64,000 nt of DNA from Oceanispirochaeta sp. (lineage in GTDB: Bacteria > Spirochaetota > Spirochaetia > DSM-2461): contig CAXXOA010000001.1 in NCBI GenBank assembly GCA_963666275.2, positions 800,001 through 864,000 on the forward strand, read 5' to 3'. The translations under genes were made by a program, and so were the position numbers. The notes under the pieces are model-generated. The model saw nothing but the letters and a program-made list of their open reading frames with translations, did no database searches and was not told the origin of the DNA. Positions 19,691 to 30,400 of the stretch are shown here, in pieces. The stretch's first letter is position 1; every line of letters starts with the position of its first letter.

Positions 19691-19794
19691 GTTTTTAATA
19701 TAATCCCCGGAGCCCCGGATTTCCAGTAAAATTTGAAAAAAATATTAATTATTTTGTCAGGAATTTTTTAACTTATTCCGGGGGTGATATTTAT

Positions 19795-20577
19795 CTAAAG
19801 AATAAAACCGAAAAAATTTCTTATACAGATAAGGATTATGACTGCCATGACCACAATGAAGAGTTTATCAACTCCCCGGTTGCTCATTCTGACCGACAGA
19901 TGGGATCCCAGCAGGCCTCCTCCGATCCCTCCGGCTATCATAAGAGTCAGTATCAGCGGGTCAAAATCAGGCAGATTTCCCGAGAGGAGGGTAAAAACAA
20001 GATTGGTTATCTGGGAAAAGAAAATGATGTAGATGGAACTTAACGCCGCTGTTTTGGAATCCATGGCAAAAAAGAAGTAGAGAACCGCCAGATTTATCGG
20101 TCCTCCGCCTATTCCCAGAAAGGAGGCCATTCCTCCCAGCAGGATTCCTGTGAACAGACTGAAGGTATTGCCATTAAAGTGATGGGGTCTGATTTTCTCC
20201 TTGTAGATGGTGAACAGAAGCACCCCCAGAGTAATGACTCCCAGAATAAGAGCCTGAAGGGAACCTATTACCCTGTCGTTGCCGTAGGATATCTTGATTA
20301 CATCGAAAAGGACTTTCCCCAGCAGGCCTCCCGCCACACCGCCCGCAGCCATGAAGGAGGCGATCCTTCTGTTCAGTGTGACTGGAGAGTTCCTGTTTTT
20401 CAGGAGGGTAACGGTTGTCATGGACAGGACTGTTGTTCCCGAAAGGAAACTGATGACGCTGACACTGAAAGGGCTGATGCTGTCAAGAACAGGTTTGATT
20501 ATAACACCGCCGCCGATTCCGCTGATAGCTCCCACTATGGAAGCGCCGAAGCTTATTATTAAATAGATTATGCTCAT
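19795..20577 (-). CDS. TauE/SafE (sulfite exporter) family membrane protein
   Basis: Two GIGGG repeats and about 8 TMs. Start MSIIYL follows an AGGAG RBS. Confidence 0.88.
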   Translation of the reverse strand: MSIIYLIISFGASIVGAISGIGGGVIIKPVLDSISPFSVSVISFLSGTTVLSMTTVTLLKNRNSPVTLNRRIASFMAAGGVAGGLLGKVLFDVIKISYGNDRVIGSLQALILGVITLGVLLFTIYKEKIRPHHFNGNTFSLFTGILLGGMASFLGIGGGPINLAVLYFFFAMDSKTAALSSIYIIFFSQITNLVFTLLSGNLPDFDPLILTLMIAGGIGGGLLGSHLSVRMSNRGVDKLFIVVMAVIILICIRNFFGFIL

Positions 20578-20701
20578 GGGGTGTCTCTCCTGAAAGGGTT
20601 TGCCCCAGTATTGTACAGAATCCCCTGGGAATAATCCAGCAATGAGGAATTCCTTGCTTAATTGACTATCCCTGTTATAATTGACAAACCGGCAGGAAGG
20701 A

Positions 20702-21856
20702 ATGATAGAGCCCAAACAGATTGACATAGTTATAGTAGATGACTCGGAAGACCTTCAGAGGGTTTTGAAGATGATCCTGAACAGCAACGGATATAAAATC
20801 CGGTCCTATACAGATGCGGAAGAGGTCCTCCGGGATGTTCCGGGGCTCTTTATACCTGATCTTTTCCTTCTGGATGTCAATCTTCCCGGAATGGATGGCT
20901 TTCAGCTCTGCCGGAAACTGAAGGACTTTCCTCTTCTGGTTCAGGTACCTGTTATATTCATCAGCGGATTGATGGATGATATGGACAAACTGGAGGGCTT
21001 CAAGGCCGGAGGCGAGGACTATATTACCAAACCTTTCTCCCAGTCGGATCTGCTGGCCCGGGTCAAAACCCATATCAAACTCAGGAAATCCCTTCTTCAG
21101 CTGACTCAGTTTAATCAGGTGCTCGAAAGCAGAATTGCAGAGAGGACAAGGGAACTGCAGAAAGCCAAGGAAGAAGCGGAAGAGGCAAACAGGGCTAAAA
21201 CAAATTTTCTGTCCAATATCAATCATGAAATGCGTACCCCCCTCAATGGGGTTCTGGGTATGCTGAATCTAATGAAGGGAACCCGCCTGGATGCGGAAGG
21301 AGAGCTTTATCTCTCTCTGGCGGAATATTCAGTGAACAATCTCTCGGTAATCATCCGGGATATTCTGGATTTCTCCCAGCTTGAAACCCGGACTATCTCT
21401 CTGGATTACAGGGATTTTGACGTGTCCTCGATGATTCAGAAGCTCATTCTCATACAGGCGGCAAAAGCCGAAGAGAAGGGGCTGCTTCTGAAACTGAAAC
21501 ACTCGTCTGAAAAAAAGCATTTTATAGGAGATGAAATCCGCTTGTTTCAGATCCTTACCAATCTGGTGTCCAATGCCATCAAGTTTTCCCATAAAGGGAC
21601 CATCACTGTGAGCTATACTATCGATGATACCCTGATGCTGGAGGTCTGTGATCAGGGAATAGGAATTCCCCCTGACAGAACCGAGGACATCTTCCTTCCA
21701 TTTCTCCAGATAGATACAGGGTTAACCAAGGAAAACAGAGGCGTCGGTCTGGGACTCTCAATTGTCAAACAGCTTGTTTCTGTTATGGGGGGGCATATTG
21801 AACTCTACTCCAACAGGGAGGGGACCTGTTTCAAAATCTTCATTCCCGCTCCCTGA
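20702..21856 (+). CDS. Hybrid response regulator-histidine kinase (REC-HisKA-HATPase)
   Basis: IVDD, LLDVNLPGMDG, DYITKPF, NHEMRTPLN, NLVSNAIKF, DQGIG and GVGLGL. Confidence 0.92.
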   Translation: MIEPKQIDIVIVDDSEDLQRVLKMILNSNGYKIRSYTDAEEVLRDVPGLFIPDLFLLDVNLPGMDGFQLCRKLKDFPLLVQVPVIFISGLMDDMDKLEGFKAGGEDYITKPFSQSDLLARVKTHIKLRKSLLQLTQFNQVLESRIAERTRELQKAKEEAEEANRAKTNFLSNINHEMRTPLNGVLGMLNLMKGTRLDAEGELYLSLAEYSVNNLSVIIRDILDFSQLETRTISLDYRDFDVSSMIQKLILIQAAKAEEKGLLLKLKHSSEKKHFIGDEIRLFQILTNLVSNAIKFSHKGTITVSYTIDDTLMLEVCDQGIGIPPDRTEDIFLPFLQIDTGLTKENRGVGLGLSIVKQLVSVMGGHIELYSNREGTCFKIFIPAP

Positions 21857-21862
21857 ATCTCA

Positions 21863-22891
21863 TCAGTCCCAGTTGAAGCTGACCGCCGCCACTGCAAGGA
21901 AGACCACTGTCATTCCTAACAGAACAAGAAGGTTCGGAAGGATCTCCCAGAGTCCCGCACCTTCCAGCATTACAGCCCTGGCTCCTTCAATAAAATGTGT
22001 CAGCGGCAGAATCCGGGACAGTTTCTGAAGGATTTCGGGAGTTCCCTCCAGAGAAAAGAAAACTCCTGAAAAAATCATCATGGGAAAGGTCACAATGTTG
22101 ATCAGTCCTCCCGCCAGCTCTTCGCTTTTGATCCTTGCGGCAAATATAAGCCCCAGAGCCAGCATACAGAGTATCCCCAGCATGGTGATGAGAAGGAGGT
22201 TCCAGTAGGATCCCAGCATCAGAAAATGGAAGAAAAAATGGGTTCCTGTGAACACAAATACGGATGTGAGGGTCACAATCAGGAACCGGGAGGCCATCTG
22301 TGCGGAAATAAAGGTGAATGATGATACCGGAGTGGCTTTCATCCGTTTCAGGACACCATTCTTTCTGTATCTGACAATAACGAAGCCCACACCGAAGAGA
22401 CAGCTGAAGAGCATATTCATCCCGATAACACCGGGCACAAGCCAGTCAACATAGCGTATTGCCCGTCCCTCCACCTGTTTTTCCACAAGATTCAGAGTAG
22501 AGTTTTCCCGGGTATCCATAATCAGAAGGTATTTCAGAAGGTCCGCATTGGAGGATTCGGGATTGATATAGTATTCATTCTGTTCCAGATCCATCAGCAT
22601 ATCGAGCTGGTGAAGTCTGACTTTCTGCAGGATCCTCTCCTTGCTGTTTTCAGGATCCTCCCCGGAATAGGCAATGAAATCCACCTGTTCCAGCTGGAAA
22701 AAATTTTCCTGTCTGTTTTCTGCCTCTCCCCCCAGAAGACCGACTTTAAAAAGCGACTCATCCCGGTCGGAAAAAGCATAACTGAATCCCACAACCAGAA
22801 GAACCGGAAAGATAAGATTCCAGAAAAAAGTGCCCCTGTCCCGGATGAATTCCATGGTCCGGGCTTTTACTATGGCATTGAATTGTTTCAT
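21863..22891 (-). CDS. ABC-2 type exporter permease
   Basis: N-terminal TM, YVDWLVPG, R..GVLKRMKATP and LPLTH motifs. Confidence 0.9.
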   Translation of the reverse strand: MKQFNAIVKARTMEFIRDRGTFFWNLIFPVLLVVGFSYAFSDRDESLFKVGLLGGEAENRQENFFQLEQVDFIAYSGEDPENSKERILQKVRLHQLDMLMDLEQNEYYINPESSNADLLKYLLIMDTRENSTLNLVEKQVEGRAIRYVDWLVPGVIGMNMLFSCLFGVGFVIVRYRKNGVLKRMKATPVSSFTFISAQMASRFLIVTLTSVFVFTGTHFFFHFLMLGSYWNLLLITMLGILCMLALGLIFAARIKSEELAGGLINIVTFPMMIFSGVFFSLEGTPEILQKLSRILPLTHFIEGARAVMLEGAGLWEILPNLLVLLGMTVVFLAVAAVSFNWD

Positions 22892-22905
22892 ATAGTCAGT
22901 AACTC

Positions 22906-23781
22906 CTAGGACCGGAGGGAAGAACCGGTCAATTTCAAAAACAGATCCTCCAGGTTGGGTTCATGTATAGACATCCCTGTCAGGTTGTACCGGCACTTCA
23001 GGAGGTCTTCCATGGTTTCATGAAGATTGCTTGTCTGAATTTCAAGATGGTTGTTCCGTTCCACCGCATTATCCAGGCAGATCCCTGTGTTGTTTTCCCT
23101 GGGAACCCTTACAAGGACCCCCTCAAAATGTTTTTTAATCAGCGAATCGGGGGTATCCCATTCTATGATCTTTCCATGATCCATGATGGCGATCTGATCA
23201 CAGAGGATTTTCGCTTCATCCATATAGTGGGTGGTCAGAACAATCGTTGTATTTTCCCCTTTGATTTTATCTATGAGATTCCAGAAATTCCTTCTGGCCT
23301 GGGGATCCAGCCCTGTGGTAGGTTCATCCAGAAAAATTATTTCCGGCCGGGGAATGATGGCCAGTCCCAGGAGCATCCTCTGCCTCTGTCCCCCCGAAAG
23401 CTTTCTGTTGTCCCGTTCCAGGATGTCCTGGAGTGCACAGATTTCAATGAGTTCATCCATACTCCGGGGGTGTGGATAGAAGGCCTGGAACATTTCCAGA
23501 GTCTCTTTGACTGTGATAAACTCCGGTAGTGCCGTATTCTGGAATTGAATACCCACCTTCTCACGAAAATGACGGTTGATGGGATTTCCCCTGAAAAGGA
23601 TCTCTCCCTCTGTGGGAGCCAGTATCCCCTCCATCATTTCGATGGTGGTCGTCTTGCCGGCGCCGTTGGGCCCGAGCAGTCCGAAACAGATCCCTTCGGG
23701 AATCTCCATATCCACATGATCCACCGCTGTGAGGGATCCGTACTGTTTGGTCAGGTTTTTTACCTGCATTATCGATTTCAT
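22906..23781 (-). CDS. ABC exporter ATP-binding protein
   Basis: Walker A GPNGAGKT, signature LSGGQ, Walker B FLDEPT and TTHYM. Likely start MKSIMQ. Confidence 0.92.
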   Translation of the reverse strand: MKSIMQVKNLTKQYGSLTAVDHVDMEIPEGICFGLLGPNGAGKTTTIEMMEGILAPTEGEILFRGNPINRHFREKVGIQFQNTALPEFITVKETLEMFQAFYPHPRSMDELIEICALQDILERDNRKLSGGQRQRMLLGLAIIPRPEIIFLDEPTTGLDPQARRNFWNLIDKIKGENTTIVLTTHYMDEAKILCDQIAIMDHGKIIEWDTPDSLIKKHFEGVLVRVPRENNTGICLDNAVERNNHLEIQTSNLHETMEDLLKCRYNLTGMSIHEPNLEDLFLKLTGSSLRS

Positions 23782-24043
23782 ATAGTGTAAAAAATACTGC
23801 ACAAACCGGGCACATACAAGACTTTTACAGTCAGGATTGCTGAATTCAGGCCTTTCCGTAAAAGAATGCGGTTTTTCAGATTTTATCCGGAGGATAAAAC
23901 AAGAAAGAGTGCCCGAATTAAGGCTTTTAATCGGCTTTTTTCCTCTTTCATTTTCTGCAGATTCCCCGGCTTTCCCTTTCCCTGACAATATGGCATAATT
24001 GCCGAATATTTATTACAAATTCCAAGCAAATAAAGGATCAGAG

Positions 24044-26266
24044 ATGAAACCGACTATTATTTATACAAAAACTGATGAAGCACCCGCCCTGGCCACTGCT
24101 TCACTGCTGCCCATTGTCGAGAGTTATACCAGGGCTGCCGGTCTTGATGTCGAAACCAGGGATATATCTCTGGCCGGAAGGATCCTGGCAGTTTTTCCGG
24201 ACTGTCTGGAAGAGCCTCAGAGAGTCCCCGATGCCCTGGCGGAACTGGGTGAGCTTGTAACGAAGCCCGAAGCGAATATTATCAAACTTCCCAATATCAG
24301 CGCGTCTATTCCTCAGCTGAAAGGCGCTATCAGCGAGCTTCAGTCCAAAGGGTATGCCCTGCCGGATTATCCCGAAGATCCTTCAACACCGGAAGAAAAG
24401 GATATAAAAGCCCGGTATGACAAGGTAAAGGGGAGTGCGGTCAACCCTGTTCTCAGGGAAGGCAACTCCGACAGAAGGGCTCCTGCTTCGGTAAAAAATT
24501 ATGCTATGAAACACCCCCATTCCATGGGTGAGTGGTCAAAGGATTCCAAGTCCCATGTGGCCAGTATGTCCGAGGGAGATTTCTACGGCAGTGAAAAGTC
24601 CATGGAAGTGGACTCGGACTGCGATGTCAGGATCGAGCTTGTGGAATCAGGCGGAAATACCCGTGTTTTAAAAGAAAAAACCTCTCTTTTGAAAGGAGAG
24701 ATCATCGATGCTTCCGTAATGAGTCAGAAATCTCTCAGGGCATTTCTGGAGTCTCAGATCAAAGACGCCCGTCAGAAGGATGTGCTTTTTTCGATTCATC
24801 TGAAGGCAACCATGATGAAAGTTTCCGACCCCATCATTTTCGGCCATGCGGTCTCTGTTTTTTTCAAAGATGTCTTCCAGGAATACGGCGATCTTTTTTC
24901 AGAACTGGGTGTGGATCCCAACAACGGAATGGGAGATCTGCTGAACAAACTTCAGACCCTGCCGGATGACCGCAGAAGCGAAGTGATGGGAGCCATACAG
25001 GCCACCTACGAGGAAGGACCCGAACTGGCCATGGTCAATTCGGATCTGGGAATCACAAACCTGCATGTTCCCAGTGATGTGATCGTCGATGCCTCCATGC
25101 CGGCGGCGATCCGCTCGTCCGGCAAAATGTGGGGCCCCGACGGGAAGCTGAAAGATATGAAAGCTGTGATTCCCGACAGGTCCTATGCCGGGGTCTACCA
25201 GGCCGCCATAGAATACTGCAGGGAAAACGGTGCCTTTGATCCTGCTAAAATGGGCAGTGTTTCCAATGTGGGACTGATGGCCCAGAAGGCCGAAGAGTAC
25301 GGGTCTCATGATAAAACATTTCAGATCCCCGCATTCGGAACAGTCCGGGTGGTCACTACCGGAGGAGACGTCCTGCTGGAACAGCCTGTGGAAGAGGGAG
25401 ATATCTTCCGTATGTGCCAGGCCAAGGATGCTCCTGTTCAGGACTGGATCAAACTGGCAGTCAACCGGGCCAGAGCAACTGGTTCTCCCGCTGTATTCTG
25501 GCTGGATGAAAACCGGGCTCATGATGTCAGTCTTATGAAAAAAGTGGAAAAATATCTGCCCGGTCATGATACGGAAGGCCTGGAAATTCTTGTGATGGAT
25601 CCTGTGGAGGCCACCCGCTACTCTCTGGAGAGAATCAGCAAGGGGCTGGATACCATATCTGTGACAGGAAATGTCCTCAGGGACTATCTGACCGATCTAT
25701 TCCCCATTCTGGAAGTGGGTACCAGCGCCAAAATGCTCTCCATTGTTCCCCTTATGAACGGCGGAGGACTCTTTGAAACAGGCGCAGGCGGTTCGGCTCC
25801 CAAGCATGTGCAGCAGTTTGTCAAAGAGAATCATTTGAGATGGGACTCGCTGGGAGAATTCCTGGCTCTGGCGGTTTCTTTGGAGCACCTTTCTATTGTT
25901 TTTAATAACCCCAAAGCTAAGGTCCTGTCTGAAACTCTGGACAAGGCAACCGGTATGGTTCTTGAAAACAACAAAGCTCCCTCCAGAAAATCCGGAGAGA
26001 TCGATAACCGGGGCAGCCATTTCTACCTGGCTCTCTACTGGGCACAGGCTCTGGCGGAACAGAGTGATGATCAGGAGCTGAAAAACCGGTTTGCACCTGT
26101 AGCCAAAGCACTCTCTGAAGGGGAAGAGGAGATTATAAAGACTCTCATAGCTGTTCAGGGTAAACCTGTGGATATGGGGGGATACTACTGGGCGGATGAA
26201 GAGAAACTTTCTGCCGCCATGCGTCCTTCCGATATTTTCAATAGCTCTCTGGAACTGCTGAAATAA
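24044..26266 (+). CDS. icd: Monomeric NADP-dependent isocitrate dehydrogenase
   Basis: About 740 aa with [38 protein letters not shown] and [12 protein letters not shown]. Confidence 0.96.
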   Translation: MKPTIIYTKTDEAPALATASLLPIVESYTRAAGLDVETRDISLAGRILAVFPDCLEEPQRVPDALAELGELVTKPEANIIKLPNISASIPQLKGAISELQSKGYALPDYPEDPSTPEEKDIKARYDKVKGSAVNPVLREGNSDRRAPASVKNYAMKHPHSMGEWSKDSKSHVASMSEGDFYGSEKSMEVDSDCDVRIELVESGGNTRVLKEKTSLLKGEIIDASVMSQKSLRAFLESQIKDARQKDVLFSIHLKATMMKVSDPIIFGHAVSVFFKDVFQEYGDLFSELGVDPNNGMGDLLNKLQTLPDDRRSEVMGAIQATYEEGPELAMVNSDLGITNLHVPSDVIVDASMPAAIRSSGKMWGPDGKLKDMKAVIPDRSYAGVYQAAIEYCRENGAFDPAKMGSVSNVGLMAQKAEEYGSHDKTFQIPAFGTVRVVTTGGDVLLEQPVEEGDIFRMCQAKDAPVQDWIKLAVNRARATGSPAVFWLDENRAHDVSLMKKVEKYLPGHDTEGLEILVMDPVEATRYSLERISKGLDTISVTGNVLRDYLTDLFPILEVGTSAKMLSIVPLMNGGGLFETGAGGSAPKHVQQFVKENHLRWDSLGEFLALAVSLEHLSIVFNNPKAKVLSETLDKATGMVLENNKAPSRKSGEIDNRGSHFYLALYWAQALAEQSDDQELKNRFAPVAKALSEGEEEIIKTLIAVQGKPVDMGGYYWADEEKLSAAMRPSDIFNSSLELLK

Positions 26267-26365
26267 AGATTCTTTCCCTTTCCCAAGGCCTTTGTCATCG
26301 GTTTCTCCGGATTCGTTCTGAAGCAGCCCTTTCAAGGGCCGGGGAGAGAAACTTTCAATAATGAG

Positions 26366-26692
26366 TTAGAGCAGATTCAAAGCACTGATCAGTCCTGCTA
26401 GAAGAGTAAAGCCTATTCCCATAGCCCATTGCTGGTGAGAAAAGCGTTTATCCATATATTGCTGCAAATCTATAAATCTTTTATCCATGGATTCAAATCC
26501 CTGTCGGGTTAATTCCATCTGATTTTTTAATCCCTCTTCCACACGAACCATCCTCTCAAGTAGCTCTATTTCCCTGGATTGTTGTTGAGGAAAAGGATAA
26601 ATATTCTGTTCCCGGATCCATTGGCCAATATGAATCTTTACATAATTGCCAATTTGTTCCAGCTGATTCTGATCCACCTTAGGTTCTCCCAT
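26366..26692 (-). CDS. Small coiled-coil protein with MDKRF repeats and a C-terminal TM anchor
   Basis: AGGAG RBS, two MDKRF units 11 aa apart and a hydrophobic C-terminus. Confidence 0.7.
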   Translation of the reverse strand: MGEPKVDQNQLEQIGNYVKIHIGQWIREQNIYPFPQQQSREIELLERMVRVEEGLKNQMELTRQGFESMDKRFIDLQQYMDKRFSHQQWAMGIGFTLLAGLISALNLL

Positions 26693-26841
26693 TTTACTTT
26701 ACTCCTATTATAGCCTTTTTATTACTCAATAACAGGCAGATATGAGCTGCTGCTTCAAAATCAGCAGTAATTGCTTCTTATATTTTTAATAAGATGTTCT
26801 AAAGAAACTAGTTGCTTATACAAAATACGGAGTTGTAAACA

Positions 26842-27462
26842 TTATGGGTTATGTACAAAATCGGCGCTGTTTCCCAGCATTATCGACTCTATTTTATAGG
26901 CTTTTCCCAATCCGTTAAAATCCACTTTCCAGATTTCTCCGTTATTGGGGAATTTCGAAGGGTATTCGGGCAGGGTATTTTCCAGAAGTCCTCTGATAAG
27001 GCGGAAAGTCACCGCATGAGTGACGATAAGCAGGTTCTCATCCCGGCTGTCTTTTTCCAGGTCCGAGAAAAAGCTTCTGACCCTGTCGGCTATCATGGCA
27101 TAGGATTCTCCTCCCCGGGGAACCCAGCTCCAGCGTTTTTTTGTGGCTGTCTCATAGTCATCGTGTTCTTTCACTTCGTCATAGGTCATACCGGAAAATT
27201 TTCCCAGTTCCTGCTCAGATATCCGCTCATCCTCTTCCAGAGGAAGATCATAGATACCGGCAAAGGATTCGGCGGTCTGCCTGGCTCTGATCAGCGGGGA
27301 CGTAATAATCCTGTCTATCCGGATTCTCTCTTTCAGTTCCGACGCAATCAGATCGGCATCGGCTTTTCCTTCTGCTGTTAAAGGAAAAGCCCGGCGGCTG
27401 GCCATAATACGGCTCTTATTGGCTTTGCTCTCGGCATGTCTTATCATATAGAGGGTTTTCAT
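26842..27462 (-). CDS. Histidine phosphatase (phosphoglycerate mutase-like) family protein
   Basis: IRHAES, SPLIRARQTA, GGES and VTHA motifs. Confidence 0.9.
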   Translation of the reverse strand: MKTLYMIRHAESKANKSRIMASRRAFPLTAEGKADADLIASELKERIRIDRIITSPLIRARQTAESFAGIYDLPLEEDERISEQELGKFSGMTYDEVKEHDDYETATKKRWSWVPRGGESYAMIADRVRSFFSDLEKDSRDENLLIVTHAVTFRLIRGLLENTLPEYPSKFPNNGEIWKVDFNGLGKAYKIESIMLGNSADFVHNP

Positions 27463-27532
27463 ATTCTGATTATAAAAAATAAATCCATTTTTGTGGAGCC
27501 TGTATTTTCTGAAAAGTGATGAGATTATAATC

Positions 27533-27583
27533 TTGACTATTTTAGAAAGGTTTTGTATGTTTTTAGGGTAGGGGGGTATCCTA
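27533..27583 (+). promoter_or_regulatory. Sigma70-type promoter with an overlapping CsoR/RcnR-type operator
   Basis: TTGACT-N17-TATGTT (27533-27561), followed by TAGGGTA-GGGGGG-TATCCTA (27564-27583), a pseudo-palindrome around a G6 tract. Confidence 0.7.
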
Positions 27584-27584
27584 T

Positions 27585-27875
27585 ATGGTAAAAGAACAGA
27601 GAAAAGCACACCATCCGTATCAGACCAAAGCGAATATGGTTTCCCGGTTGAACAGGATAGAGGGGCAGATCAGGGGAATTTCAAAGATGATAGAGGAAGA
27701 TGTGTACTGTGATGATATCCTCAATCAGTTTAAAAGTGTGGAATCAGCCATCAACGGGGTTAGAAAAACCCTCCTGGAGGCACATATGAAAGGCTGTGTG
27801 ATTCATCAGATCCAATCCGGCAGGCTGGAAGTGGTGGATGAACTCCTTCAGATTATCGGGAAAATGACAAAATAG
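27585..27875 (+). CDS. csoR: Copper-sensing transcriptional repressor, CsoR family
   Basis: RLNRIEGQIRG, YCDDIL and HMKGC (Cys-His-Cys ligands). Lies upstream of a Cu ATPase. Confidence 0.9.
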   Translation: MVKEQRKAHHPYQTKANMVSRLNRIEGQIRGISKMIEEDVYCDDILNQFKSVESAINGVRKTLLEAHMKGCVIHQIQSGRLEVVDELLQIIGKMTK

Positions 27876-27890
27876 AGTACAGGAGTTATT

Positions 27891-30368
27891 ATGGAAATTA
27901 TCCAGTTGGACATAAAAGGCATGACATGCGCTTCCTGCGTAGCCCATGTGGAAAAAGGAATTCAGAAACTGGATGGAATTGATCTGGCTTCGGTGAATCT
28001 GGCAACTGAAAAAGCCACTGTCAGTTTTGATCCGGAAAGTGTAGATGCCGATGCCATTATTCAGGCCGTGATTGCGTCAGGGTATGGTGCGGGGCTTGTT
28101 ACCGAGGAAACCGCATCTGAAGCAGAAAAAGCAAAGAGGAAAGAGGAGAAAATTCTCCGGAATAAAATCATCCTTTCCTCTTTTTTGAGTGCTCCTCTTC
28201 TGATGGCCATGTTTGCGGGTATTTTTCAAATCAGTCCTCTTATGTTTCTTCATAATCCCTGGCTGCAGCTCGTCCTGGCAACTCCGGTCCAGTTTTACGT
28301 GGGGAGGCACTTTTACAAAACCGCCTGGAAAACCCTTTTGGCCGGGAGCCCGGGAATGGATGTCCTGGTGGTCTTAGGTACTTCCTCTGCCTACTTTTTC
28401 AGTATTTTTAACGGCTTTTTTGCATTCAGGACAGGAGTTGACAGTACTGGACTCTACTTCGAAGCATCAGCCATTATTATTACTCTGGTTCTACTGGGAA
28501 AATATATGGAAGCCCGTGCCAAGGGTAAAACCTCTGAAGCCATACGCAAGCTTATGGATCTGCAGCCAAAAAATGCCCGGGTGGAAAGGAATGGCGAGAT
28601 CCTGACTCTGCCGGTCAGCGATGTGGTTCCGGGAGATATACTTCAAATCAGGCCGGGAGACAGAATCCCTGTAGACGGGGAAATCCTCAGTGGGACGACT
28701 GCTGTGGATGAGAGCATGATTACCGGTGAAAGCCTGCCGGTCGAAAAAAAAGCCGGTGATTCCGTTGTCAGCGGTACTGTCAATTCCTATGGTTCCATCA
28801 GGTACAAAGCTGTACACACCGGGAAAGATTCCTTTCTGGCGAGGATCATCTCTGTGGTGGAGGAAGCTCAGGGATCCAAAGCCCCCATACAGAAGCTGGC
28901 CGACCGGGTTGCGGCTGTTTTTGTTCCGACGGTCCTTCTGATAGCAGTCGTTACCTTCCTGGTATGGTGGCTGATGGCCGGCTCCATCTCTTCAGCAGTC
29001 GTTGCTTCGGTTGCTGTCCTGGTGATTGCCTGCCCCTGTGCATTGGGACTGGCAACTCCCACAGCCATTATGGTGGGAACCGGAAAAGGGGCGGAGCGGG
29101 GAATCCTTATAAAAAACGGTGAAGTGCTGCAGCTGGCGGGAAAATTGAATGCGGTTGTTCTTGATAAAACAGGAACACTTACCCTTGGACGCCCGGAAGT
29201 TCAGGGGGTTTATCCTCTGAACGGAATGTCGGAAGATGACATACTGGAACTGGCTGCCACTCTGGAACAGCATTCAGAACACCCACTGGCCCGTGCTGTA
29301 ACGGATTATGCGGAAGATAGGAATATCAAACTTTCCCATTCCGATTCTTTTACCGCTGTACCCGGAAAAGGTATAAGAGGCACAATCGACGGAGAGGAAT
29401 ACCTGATTGGTACTGTATCTTTTCTGGAGGAAAACAGGGTGGATTCTGGGTCTGCAGAGGTTCTGAAAGTATCTCTGGAAGAAAAAGGCCATACCGTTGT
29501 CCTTCTGGCGGAGCTGAAAGGATCCAAGCGGATTCTGGGGATGATTTCTATAGCGGATACCCTGAAAGAGACTTCCCCTGCGGGTGTGGCAGCCTTGAAG
29601 AATATGGGACTGGAAGTCTTTATGATCACCGGGGATAATGAAAGGACAGCAAGAGCTATCGCCGAACAGGCGGGTATTGAAAATGTTCTGGCAGAAGTCT
29701 TACCTGAAAGGAAAGCTGAGGAGGTCAGAAAACTTCAGGAAAAAGGATATACAGTCGCTATGGCGGGTGACGGGATAAATGACGCCCCTGCCCTGGCTAT
29801 GGCGGATGTGGGTATTGCCATGGGACAGGGAACAGATATTGCCATGGAATCAGCCGATATCACCCTGATGAGAGGGGATCTACAGGATATCCCCGGGGCT
29901 ATCCTGCTCTCCAGAAAGACAATGGCTAAAATAAAACAGAATCTTTTCTGGGCCTTTTTCTACAACAGCATAGGCATTCCCTTTGCTGCCATGGGATTTC
30001 TCAATCCTATCATAGCTGGGGCTGCCATGGCTTTCAGCTCTGTTTCGGTTGTTACAAATTCTCTCAGTCTCAAGAGGGTCAAAATACAGCTTCAAAAAGT
30101 GGAAAACATGAAAATACAGGAAATCACCGTTTCTGAAGAAGCGGAAATTAACCGGGAGGTTTATATGGAAAAAATCATTACTGTGGAAGGCATGAGCTGT
30201 AACCACTGTAAAATGGCTGTTGAAAAAGCTGCTACTGCAGTTGAAGGGGTAGACAGCGCTCAGGTCAATCTGGATCAGAAATCACTGACCATCCTGATGG
30301 CTGATGGTTCGGATGTATCGGATGCGGTTGTTAAAGCTGTAAAAGATGCCGGATACGACCCTGTGTAA
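27891..30368 (+). CDS. copA: Cu(I)-translocating P1B-type ATPase with N- and C-terminal HMA domains
   Basis: [36 protein letters not shown] and a C-terminal GMSCNHC. Confidence 0.95.
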   Translation: MEIIQLDIKGMTCASCVAHVEKGIQKLDGIDLASVNLATEKATVSFDPESVDADAIIQAVIASGYGAGLVTEETASEAEKAKRKEEKILRNKIILSSFLSAPLLMAMFAGIFQISPLMFLHNPWLQLVLATPVQFYVGRHFYKTAWKTLLAGSPGMDVLVVLGTSSAYFFSIFNGFFAFRTGVDSTGLYFEASAIIITLVLLGKYMEARAKGKTSEAIRKLMDLQPKNARVERNGEILTLPVSDVVPGDILQIRPGDRIPVDGEILSGTTAVDESMITGESLPVEKKAGDSVVSGTVNSYGSIRYKAVHTGKDSFLARIISVVEEAQGSKAPIQKLADRVAAVFVPTVLLIAVVTFLVWWLMAGSISSAVVASVAVLVIACPCALGLATPTAIMVGTGKGAERGILIKNGEVLQLAGKLNAVVLDKTGTLTLGRPEVQGVYPLNGMSEDDILELAATLEQHSEHPLARAVTDYAEDRNIKLSHSDSFTAVPGKGIRGTIDGEEYLIGTVSFLEENRVDSGSAEVLKVSLEEKGHTVVLLAELKGSKRILGMISIADTLKETSPAGVAALKNMGLEVFMITGDNERTARAIAEQAGIENVLAEVLPERKAEEVRKLQEKGYTVAMAGDGINDAPALAMADVGIAMGQGTDIAMESADITLMRGDLQDIPGAILLSRKTMAKIKQNLFWAFFYNSIGIPFAAMGFLNPIIAGAAMAFSSVSVVTNSLSLKRVKIQLQKVENMKIQEITVSEEAEINREVYMEKIITVEGMSCNHCKMAVEKAATAVEGVDSAQVNLDQKSLTILMADGSDVSDAVVKAVKDAGYDPV

Positions 30369-30378
30369 ATAATTTCAG

Positions 30379-30400
30379 GAGGGAGCTATATAGCTCCCTC
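30379..30400. terminator. Perfect palindrome between convergent genes; probable bidirectional terminator
   Basis: GAGGGAGCTATATAGCTCCCTC. U-tracts are weak. Confidence 0.55.
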
